From IMG/VR virus record IMGVR_UViG_3300028381_000007, positions 4,167 to 68,166 of that record: a stretch of DNA of 64,000 bases. One strand, written 5' to 3'. Source of the stretch: a virus (lineage: Duplodnaviria > Caudoviricetes). The notes beneath the pieces are model-generated. The model saw only the letters and a program-made list of their open reading frames with translations. It did no database searches and was not told where the DNA came from. This document shows, one piece after another, positions 8,560 to 15,953 of this stretch (its first letter is position 1; each line of letters starts with the position of its first letter). Both the position numbers and the translations under genes were made by a program.

Positions 8560-8907
8560 ATGGCGGCACGCGCGCTCTATGCAGCCTACTTTTCCGGCGC
8601 CAGCGGCAAGAGTATCGCGCTCTTTTACATAGGCGATGGCGTCATTGCTGGCGTCGACACTGGTGGTGTCACATATGATGGCCCAGTAACCATAGATGAG
8701 ACGGATGGGTCGCTTCAAGGTGCGGTGAACTTCACGGTACCGGCCGGAATCCCAATGATCACCGGTATCAGCGGACCGACGGATCCGACAGTTTTATCAA
8801 TCCCGATCTCTCTCCCCGCGACGTTTGCGGACGGCAGGGTCACTCGAATCGAAACAACCTTCGGTCCGCTAAATGCGCGCTTCGAGAAGATCAGAGATTT
8901 GCCCTGA
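8560..8907 (+). CDS. beta-barrel hypothetical protein (GrlR-like)
   Basis: YAAYFSG...DGVIAGVDTGGVTYDG pattern; lower GC. Confidence 0.6.
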   Translation: MAARALYAAYFSGASGKSIALFYIGDGVIAGVDTGGVTYDGPVTIDETDGSLQGAVNFTVPAGIPMITGISGPTDPTVLSIPISLPATFADGRVTRIETTFGPLNARFEKIRDLP

Positions 8908-8911
8908 GACC

Positions 8912-9493
8912 ATGAACTGTCCCGCCGGATTCTGGTGCTTTCAGTTGAAGGACATCATCAGTCTACTGATCCTCGTGGCGACCATCGTGGCGATCTGGCT
9001 GGGGCCTATCCGTGCCGTCAACGTTTCACGCCGAATCGATGAGGAAAGAGAACGTCGCCATCGCCAGTACGCGATCTTTCATAGCCTCATGAAGACGAGA
9101 CGCATCGCCCTCGCGCCCGAACACGTAATGGCTCTCAATGTGATCGTCATCGAATTCTATGGGCATCAGAGGATTAACGACGCGTTCAAGCGCTACGTCG
9201 AGAACCTCGAACTACGCGCACCAGCCGCGGGAGACGTCAGTGCTTTCCTCAAGCAGCGCGAGGATCGCTTCTTCGATCTTGTGCAGGAGATTGGCGCCTA
9301 CCTCGGATTCCACTTAGACAAGCGGGAGCTCGACAAGTTCTCCTACGTTCCCCAGGGCTGGAACGACATCGAATTCGAGAACGCTCGGATTCGGCGGCTG
9401 GCTCTGGAGGTCTTATCGGGACAGCGGTCCCTGCCGATTGGGCCGTTCAAGGCTGACGCCGCCGGGAAGTTTCCTCCGCCGCCATCAAGTTGA
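8912..9493 (+). CDS. DUF6680-like membrane-anchored protein
   Basis: TM helix then IFHSLMKTRR...HVMALNVIVIEFYG; lower GC. Confidence 0.65.
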   Translation: MNCPAGFWCFQLKDIISLLILVATIVAIWLGPIRAVNVSRRIDEERERRHRQYAIFHSLMKTRRIALAPEHVMALNVIVIEFYGHQRINDAFKRYVENLELRAPAAGDVSAFLKQREDRFFDLVQEIGAYLGFHLDKRELDKFSYVPQGWNDIEFENARIRRLALEVLSGQRSLPIGPFKADAAGKFPPPPSS

Positions 9494-9545
9494 GGAGAAG
9501 TGGCCCAACCCAGGCGGTCCGGCGACCGGATGGTGGGAGGAACTG

Positions 9546-11237
9546 CTATGACGCGCGACGGTGACGGCGCGGCGCCGCCCGTCCTTGTCTCCGAGCTGGG
9601 GCCTTCGACAACGGCGCTCGCTCTTCGGCCTGGACAGGAAGGTCCAATTGCTTCGTCTTGCTGCGCGCCGCCTTCGGAGGGGCGCTATAGGTCACATTTA
9701 CCTGACGGGAAGGGGGATAGTCGATCCTTGCGCCATTTAGGAGTTCCCCAATCGTCAAAATTTGCAGGCGAGGATGTTTCCCCCAGGGCGATTCATAGAA
9801 CCCGGCAGAGGCGGCCTTTCGCATCGCCGACGTTGGCGGCTGAAGAGTAATGAACACGCCGAGCTGAGCCTTTTCCTGTTCCATCGCGCCGTGGAGACTT
9901 TGAATGTGTGCTGGCGAAACATGGCCGGACTTCACTTGAAACACGATTTGCTTTGTGTCGCCGCTGTCGTCGTCGTGAAAGTACAAGCGACCATCGATGC
10001 CCCGGTCTGCGCCCTTCTTTGGACTGGCCGGCCGTGCGTCAACGAGACTGAGCGCCCACCACTCGAATTGATACGGGCTCTCGAGGGCGAGCGCTTCCGC
10101 GTCGGCGGGAGACGTTGGCTCACCGATCACCTTATAGGGAAGGACGCCCAGCCGTTTCTTAATCACAGCGATGGCCGCTTGCGTAATGTCGATTCCTACC
10201 CACCGCCGATTCAGCTTCTCGGCGACAGCAACCGCCGTCCCGCAGCCGCAGAATGGATCGAGGACGGTATCTCCTTCATTGCTGCTCGCTCGTATGATCC
10301 GCTCTAGTAGAGCCTCCGGCTTCTGGGTTGCATAGCCCAAGCGCTCGCGTGAACCTGCCTGAAGGCGAATGTCTGTCCAGACATCCTGTAGCGGAACGCC
10401 TGGCATCTCGTCGAGATAGCGTTTGTATACCGGCATCCCGGTCCGCCGGAAGACGATGCGCCCCTCGGATAGAAACTTATCCAGATTGGCCTTGGAAAAG
10501 GCCCAGTGCCGGCCCCGGTATGGTTTCATGCCGTGCCATTCGTAGTCCACGTCACCGCCTGGCTTATGAGCCGTCAGATCACTGACGCGATAGCGGCGTC
10601 CACTCCCCTCTTCCACGTACCGATAGTTCTCATCGACATAGTCAGGCTCGAATGGACCATATTGCGGATGCCACGTGAACACCGGGCCGCGCGTATAAAA
10701 CAGCAAGACATCGTGAGTTCGCCCATAGCGCCGCGGATCATTCTTCCCGCTGAAACGCTTCCAAGACAGTTCGTTCTGAAAATTCCTGGGATCAAAGACG
10801 GCGTCCATCAGAATCTTGAGGTAGTGGCTGGCGGTGGGGTCACAGTGTAAATAAATCGAGCCCACGGGCTTCAGCACTCGATGAAGCTGCTTCAGCCTCG
10901 GCGCCATCATCGTGAGGTACGCCAGAAGATCGCTCTTTGGGAAGAGCGAGTGAAAGGCTTGCATGGCTTGGGAGAGCGGCCCGCCAGTCGTTACGAGTTC
11001 TTCGTAGAGACGCTCCGTCGCCGTCCCCCACTCCCATGTATCCTCAAAGGCTTGGATCTGGGCGACGGCGTGGGCCCCGGTCCTTTCCTTGAAGAGGACG
11101 TTGTATTCGCGATTGCTGTTGAATGGTGGATCGAGGTAAACAAGGTCGACCGATTCATCTTTGATGTAGCCGGGGCGCGTGAGGATATCGAGGTTGTCCC
11201 CGTAGTAGAGCGTGTTCTGGGGCTCGGGGACGTCCAC
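9546..11237 (-). CDS. beta-class N6A/N4C DNA methyltransferase fused to Mrr-like endonuclease domain
   Basis: LYYGDNL, DPPF (motif IV), YATQKPEALL, DPFCGCGT (motif I); C-terminal DRGIDG...QVKSG. Confidence 0.9.
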   Translation of the reverse strand: MDVPEPQNTLYYGDNLDILTRPGYIKDESVDLVYLDPPFNSNREYNVLFKERTGAHAVAQIQAFEDTWEWGTATERLYEELVTTGGPLSQAMQAFHSLFPKSDLLAYLTMMAPRLKQLHRVLKPVGSIYLHCDPTASHYLKILMDAVFDPRNFQNELSWKRFSGKNDPRRYGRTHDVLLFYTRGPVFTWHPQYGPFEPDYVDENYRYVEEGSGRRYRVSDLTAHKPGGDVDYEWHGMKPYRGRHWAFSKANLDKFLSEGRIVFRRTGMPVYKRYLDEMPGVPLQDVWTDIRLQAGSRERLGYATQKPEALLERIIRASSNEGDTVLDPFCGCGTAVAVAEKLNRRWVGIDITQAAIAVIKKRLGVLPYKVIGEPTSPADAEALALESPYQFEWWALSLVDARPASPKKGADRGIDGRLYFHDDDSGDTKQIVFQVKSGHVSPAHIQSLHGAMEQEKAQLGVFITLQPPTSAMRKAASAGFYESPWGKHPRLQILTIGELLNGARIDYPPSRQVNVTYSAPPKAARSKTKQLDLPVQAEERAPLSKAPARRQGRAAPRRHRRAS

Positions 11238-11389
11238 AGGTGGGCCTCGCAGGTGCTCAGGCGCGACATGCCCGACGCACCGGGGCTCGGCGCCGGGGGC
11301 GCCAACCCGAAAGGCCAGGTGCAGGCAAACAGGAATTGTCCGGGGGTCACCCTCCGCGGCTAGGTGGACTTAAGGGCATCACCGCCCCT

Positions 11390-11427
11390 GGGGGTCGCCG
11401 CCGCCGGGGGCGCTACGACCCCCTTTT
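11390..11427 (+). terminator. GC hairpin with T-tract
   Basis: GGGGGTCG...CGACCCCC then TTTT on plus strand; both flanking genes are on minus. Confidence 0.5.
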
Positions 11428-11451
11428 GCTGAGACACACTTACCCTCTGTC

Positions 11452-11790
11452 CTACCTCGGCACCGGCCCGACCGCCTGCGGCGCGACGAGGGTCGGCGGG
11501 CCGACAGAGAGCTGCGGGACGATCGTGAGCGGCACACCGATCTGCGCCGGCTGCGATTGCAGCGTCAGCCCGTCGTCGCCGCACTTCATGTTGCCCGACT
11601 GGACCCCCGAGCCGCCGACCTTGAGATTTTCGCCGTAGCCGATCGCGGACAGGCACCACGACCGATCGCTCTTGGCCAGCTCCTTGACGATGTCACGGGC
11701 GTTGGAGCAGCCGGCGCCCGAGAGCCCGACGAGGGCCGCGAGGAGGAGGAGGAGCGGGATGCGCATGGTGTTGGTGCCCGGCCCGGTCAT
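11452..11790 (-). CDS. lipoprotein, possible o-spanin
   Basis: Hydrophobic signal and lipobox LSGAGC; Pro-rich tail; last gene of late operon. Confidence 0.6.
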   Translation of the reverse strand: MTGPGTNTMRIPLLLLLAALVGLSGAGCSNARDIVKELAKSDRSWCLSAIGYGENLKVGGSGVQSGNMKCGDDGLTLQSQPAQIGVPLTIVPQLSVGPPTLVAPQAVGPVPR

Positions 11791-12149
11791 GTCTTGGGTA
11801 CCGGGTCGCCGCTGGTGATCGCGAGGGCCGACGCCTGGTTGCTGGAAAACTTCTTGAGCGCGGCCTCGATGTTCGCGGCATCCGTCTGGAGCTCCTCGAA
11901 TGCCGACTCCGCAATGGCCCGCACCGCGAGTGCCGGGTACCCGTCGTTCACCAGCGCGGTGAGCGCGTCCCGCACGGCGGCCATCAGCCCCAGGCGCCGC
12001 GCGTAGTCAGTGATCGCCTCGGTCACCTCGCGCGCCGTGTCCGGCCGCAGGTTGAATTGTTTGAACTCGAGCAGTCCTTGGTACTCCGGGCCCACGGCCG
12101 CGAGCGCGTCGGTGATCTCCGTGAGGGCGGTATCGATGCCTGTCGTCAT
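11787..12149 (-). CDS. hypothetical protein
   Basis: GGAGG SD; helical 120 aa ending ASALAITSGDPVPKT. Confidence 0.7.
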   Translation of the reverse strand: MTTGIDTALTEITDALAAVGPEYQGLLEFKQFNLRPDTAREVTEAITDYARRLGLMAAVRDALTALVNDGYPALAVRAIAESAFEELQTDAANIEAALKKFSSNQASALAITSGDPVPKT

Positions 12150-12216
12150 GAGAGCCTCCGTGAAGCGGGAGCCCCAGCTGAAATGCCGGGGCTGCCCGCG
12201 ATGGGTGTTGGTGGGG

Positions 12217-12612
12217 TTACCGGCGCGCGGCGCTGATCTTTGGGACCGGCGCGCCCGCCACGAAGCCGAGCGCGGACGCCTGCGGAATGGGCGGCGGAGG
12301 CGCGGGACTGACGGAGAGCGTCACGGTTTCCACGACATCGTTGACGCCGGGGCCGAGGTCGCCGTCGACCCGCACCTCGTAGACGGTGTTGGCGGGCACG
12401 CCCTCGACGCCGCCATCTGCGCCCGAGATGCCATTGAACGTGAGCGGGCTCGCGGGGTCCTGGCTGAACGAGCCATCACCCGAGAGCACGGTAATGCGGA
12501 GCGCGCCGTCGACCTTCGCGGCGACCAGCTCGCCGGTGTTCGGGTCCTGGTAAGTCGGGGCAGCGGTGAACGGAACCATCTGGGTGTTGTCGCACGAGGC
12601 ATTGAACGCCAT
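12217..12612 (-). CDS. Ig-like beta protein
   Basis: AAGGAG SD; VDGDLGPGV motif; ends ASALGFVAGAPVPK. Confidence 0.7.
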   Translation of the reverse strand: MAFNASCDNTQMVPFTAAPTYQDPNTGELVAAKVDGALRITVLSGDGSFSQDPASPLTFNGISGADGGVEGVPANTVYEVRVDGDLGPGVNDVVETVTLSVSPAPPPPIPQASALGFVAGAPVPKISAARR

Positions 12613-12682
12613 GAGGCTGTCTCCTTGGTCAATGAGGGAACGACAAACGGCGCGCGAGGTCTCTCCCCGCACGCGGGGCCCC

Positions 12683-12835
12683 TTACAAGCGCCCAGTGAC
12701 GAGCAGGATGAGCAGAATCAGCAGGACCAGGCCGAGCCCTCCGCTCGGGTAGTAGCCCCAGTTGGCGCTGTGTGGCCATGAAGGGAGCGCGCCGACCAGA
12801 AGGACGATCACCAGGATGAGCACGATCAGCTGCAT
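12683..12835 (-). CDS. DUF3309-family small membrane protein
   Basis: GALPSWPHSANWGYYPSGGLGLVLLILLILLVTGRL matches the family signature. Confidence 0.85.
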   Translation of the reverse strand: MQLIVLILVIVLLVGALPSWPHSANWGYYPSGGLGLVLLILLILLVTGRL

Positions 12836-12852
12836 AGCGGTCCGTCCTTTCG

Positions 12853-13350
12853 TTAGGGGCAGAGCCGACCGGTCACCAGGATGCAGCGCAGCTGCCAGGG
12901 CTGCTCGGTCCCCGCGCTCCTGGGCCCCCACGCGCGCAGGTTGTCGAGTTGTTCTTTGCCGTCTGGCGATGTGACGCCGAGCGGGAAGATGCCGAGGCAC
13001 GTGTGGGAGAGCGGGCTGGGGTTCCCCGCCCCGTCCGCGTACGCGTACACGCGGCGGTCTACAGCGTCGGGCGCCTTGCCCGGGAGATCCCATGCCTGCC
13101 GGTAGCGCTCGTCGAAGTTGACCGGCTGGCGCGGGCAGTCCGTCGGGAATGCGAAGGGCGTCCGGTCGACGATGGGCGGCACGGGCGGCGGTGGGACCAC
13201 CGGCGGCGGGATCACCGGAGGCACCACGGATGGCGTGAGCGTCGGGAGCGGGCCCTCGCCGGTGATGGTGACGGGCCCGCTGGTCTTGATCTCCCAGGCG
13301 CTCGCCGTCGTGGTCAGGAGCAACAGGGCAACCAGCATGCGAACGAGCAT
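12853..13350 (-). CDS. secreted Pro-rich protein
   Basis: Signal peptide ending ASA-W; poly-Pro linker; GAGGAGG SD. Confidence 0.7.
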   Translation of the reverse strand: MLVRMLVALLLLTTTASAWEIKTSGPVTITGEGPLPTLTPSVVPPVIPPPVVPPPPVPPIVDRTPFAFPTDCPRQPVNFDERYRQAWDLPGKAPDAVDRRVYAYADGAGNPSPLSHTCLGIFPLGVTSPDGKEQLDNLRAWGPRSAGTEQPWQLRCILVTGRLCP

Positions 13351-13363
13351 GGGCCTCCTCCTC

Positions 13364-14863
13364 TTAGGGTGCGGCCGTCAGCAGGAGGGCGCCGTCGAGC
13401 GACAGCGCCACCGTCGCGGGGGTTGCGCCGGGCGCGAAGCGCTGGCAGCGCAACGTGAACAGCACATTAAAGGCCGGACGGGGCACCTTCGTGCTTCCGA
13501 GGATCTGTTCTTTCCCATTCACGACCTTGACGATCCGTCCCGCGCTCGTGCCACCCATGAGCCGCACGCAGCGGTACGGGAGCAGGTCGATCGCGACGCG
13601 CGTGTCTGTCGTGGTTCTGCGGACAAAGGTCCGCGTCACGTCGTCCGCGGTGGGCGGTGGCGGGGGCGGTGGTGGTGGGGGTGGACCGACATTCGTCCCC
13701 ACCGTGACCTGCGCCGAGGTGGCGTCGTAGCGATCGAGCCGCATCGAGACCTGGCTGACCGGATCCGTCCAGAGCCGATCGAGCACGAGGCCCGGCGCCG
13801 CCCAGTTGCTTGGGCTCATCACCAGCATCGCAATCCCGTTGGCGCTCGGGGTCGCGAGATGCACGATGAGGCCCTCGGGTCGATGCTCGAGCCAGAACAC
13901 GTCGCTGCCCGTGCCCCGCGCAATCCGGAGCGCGCGCGGCGTCGTGAGGAGCGTGGGGAGTGTATAGGTGCCGGCCGTCGCCAGCTCCGGCGTGAGCCAG
14001 CCCATCAGCGCTTTCTGCGCGGCGTTGAAATGTCCCGTGGGGAGACTCCCCCCGCCCATCACGTCGAGGGTGTCGCCGTACTCGATCATCGCGCAGCCCG
14101 CGCCCACGGTGCCGATCGCCTCCGCGCCGCACGCGAGCGCGTGCGAGTGGTAGCTGCCGAGCCCGTGGCCGAGCTCGTGCGCGGTGACCATGCCCGAGAC
14201 ATTGCCGTTCACCCACGACAGGCTCGGGCTGCCGCCGACGGTGCTCACTCCGGCGAAGCCGCAGGGCAAAGCGGGGAAGAAGTAGACCTTGTGCAGGTAC
14301 GGCGCGAGCGCGCCTTTGGCCGCGGCATCGGCCTTCGCACCGATGTCCCGATAGTTACAGTCCGTCCGTACCGGGATCGTGACGGGAACCACGTCGATCG
14401 CCAGCGTGAGCTGGCCGTAGGAGTTGGCCGCATAGAAGGACGCGATCTGCTGGACCAGGCCCGCCGGCAGCACCGAGGGCCGCCCCGGGAACGACACCGG
14501 GACGAAGGCCGTGGGGTGCCGCCCGCCGACGAGCGGCGCGGCCGCGGCGGCCTTCCGCTGCGTGAGCGGCTCGATGCGCCACGTAGGCGCGGCCGCAACG
14601 CCCGTCGTGGTGCTCTTGCGGACGACGACCTGGGTGGCGAGCACCCGGTCCCCGTGCTGGATATCCGTCCGATACGGTGCGGTGCCAGACGCAACGAGGA
14701 ACCGCCCGCCCGTGTCGGGCCGCACGTAGGTCTCGAACCGTGAGACCCGCTGGCCCTTCGTGATTCGGTCGGCGTGGAGGACCTCGGCGGTCCCGGTCAC
14801 GGCGGCATGCGCGAGGCCGGGAAAGAGCAGCAGCAGGAGGAGGAGCAGGGTGAATGTCTTCAT
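13364..14863 (-). CDS. secreted zinc metalloprotease, gametolysin/peptidase M11-like
   Basis: Signal peptide; HELGHGLGSYH zincin motif; EYGDTLDVMG Met-turn; HFNAAQK. Confidence 0.85.
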   Translation of the reverse strand: MKTFTLLLLLLLLFPGLAHAAVTGTAEVLHADRITKGQRVSRFETYVRPDTGGRFLVASGTAPYRTDIQHGDRVLATQVVVRKSTTTGVAAAPTWRIEPLTQRKAAAAAPLVGGRHPTAFVPVSFPGRPSVLPAGLVQQIASFYAANSYGQLTLAIDVVPVTIPVRTDCNYRDIGAKADAAAKGALAPYLHKVYFFPALPCGFAGVSTVGGSPSLSWVNGNVSGMVTAHELGHGLGSYHSHALACGAEAIGTVGAGCAMIEYGDTLDVMGGGSLPTGHFNAAQKALMGWLTPELATAGTYTLPTLLTTPRALRIARGTGSDVFWLEHRPEGLIVHLATPSANGIAMLVMSPSNWAAPGLVLDRLWTDPVSQVSMRLDRYDATSAQVTVGTNVGPPPPPPPPPPPTADDVTRTFVRRTTTDTRVAIDLLPYRCVRLMGGTSAGRIVKVVNGKEQILGSTKVPRPAFNVLFTLRCQRFAPGATPATVALSLDGALLLTAAP

Positions 14864-14871
14864 GAGGATCC

Positions 14872-15063
14872 TCATTTCGGCGGCAGGACCGTGGCGATGC
14901 CGAGCGCGCACGCGCTCACGCTGGCGTTGCTACGATGCTCGTCGAGCTGGCGGACCAGGAGCCGGCGCACCTTGTCGCATTGCTCGGCCGTCTCGTTCTC
15001 CACGCGCACGACGACGGGCGCGCCGAAGAGGAGCGGGAACACCACGAGAAAGAGCCAGGTCAT
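14872..15063 (-). CDS. small exported protein
   Basis: Hydrophobic N-terminus, two Cys; ATGA coupling. Confidence 0.6.
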   Translation of the reverse strand: MTWLFLVVFPLLFGAPVVVRVENETAEQCDKVRRLLVRQLDEHRSNASVSACALGIATVLPPK

Positions 15064-15809
15064 CGCGCTGCGGCCTGCGCTCGGGCGAGGTCGGCCACCG
15101 CTTGCTGATGGATCAGCAGGTCACCCGGGGACTTCGTCCGCTCCGCGTCGCGCCTGGTCATGCTCACGAGCGTCTGCAGCGTCAGGATGAGCTGCTCCTG
15201 CACGGTGGGCAGGGGCTTGCCCGCGCGCGCCGTCGCCGCGTCGAGCTGAGCCTGGACTGCGGTGGCCCGATTGTCGTCACTCACCTGCGACTGGACCTGC
15301 TCAACGGTGAGCGCGGAGGCCTCCGCCTTGGTTAGCTCTCCGAGGGCTTGCTCATACATAAGCCGGTCGGAGTCCGTGCCGGTGCGGTCGAACTCCTTCT
15401 TCGTCACGGTCACCAAGAGGCGCAGCACCGTCAGCAGCCGGCTGTTCACCAGGAGGTGAATCTCCTGGATCTTCTGGTCGCGCAAGACGCCTACCGCGGC
15501 CGCGGCGACCTGACCGGTGACGACGATGCGCTTCGTATCGCGGAGCGCGGCCGTAATCTTGATCACCCCCGTCACCAGGGCTCCGATGATCGCGACGACC
15601 GCCGTCGCAAAGGCCGCGATCATCGCCGGCGAGATGCCACTCACGACGGCGGCCGGTAGCGGGAGCGGGTTGACAATCACGGCGGCCACCGGCGGGCCCG
15701 CGGGCACGGGCGGGACTGGAGCCGCGGCCAGCACCCAGCTTATCGGGCCGATCGCGGCAACGACGATGACGATGAGCGCGGGTCCTATGCGGAATGACCG
15801 ACCTGGCAT
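15060..15809 (-). CDS. membrane protein with two hydrophobic segments (holin or i-spanin candidate)
   Basis: AAGGAGG SD before ATG 15809; two TM segments then coiled-coil region. Confidence 0.6.
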   Translation of the reverse strand: MPGRSFRIGPALIVIVVAAIGPISWVLAAAPVPPVPAGPPVAAVIVNPLPLPAAVVSGISPAMIAAFATAVVAIIGALVTGVIKITAALRDTKRIVVTGQVAAAAVGVLRDQKIQEIHLLVNSRLLTVLRLLVTVTKKEFDRTGTDSDRLMYEQALGELTKAEASALTVEQVQSQVSDDNRATAVQAQLDAATARAGKPLPTVQEQLILTLQTLVSMTRRDAERTKSPGDLLIHQQAVADLARAQAAAR

Positions 15810-15896
15810 GCGGGGCCTCCTTGTGACCAACCAAGGCGGCCCCACCGCGCGGCTCGTCGGGATGGTCCCCGAGAGCGGGGGTGTGGGGCGGGCTTG
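15810..15896 (-). ncRNA. structured 5' leader, copy 2 of an SD-sequestering switch motif
   Basis: CAAGCCCGC-CCCAC...GCUCUCGGG(GACCAU)CCCGACGAGC...GUGGGGCCGCCUUG-N8-CAAGGAGGCC; homologous to 36703-36781. Confidence 0.7.
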
Positions 15897-15953
15897 AAGC
15901 GGGGGTTCAGGGATGAGTCTACGCTGATTCCCTCGGGACTAGGCGATCTCCTT

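Noticed and set aside
11270-11370. c-di-GMP-type riboswitch (CCCGAAAGG, GGCAAAC)
   Set aside because: Motif order and second stem do not fit, and it is antisense to the adjacent gene.
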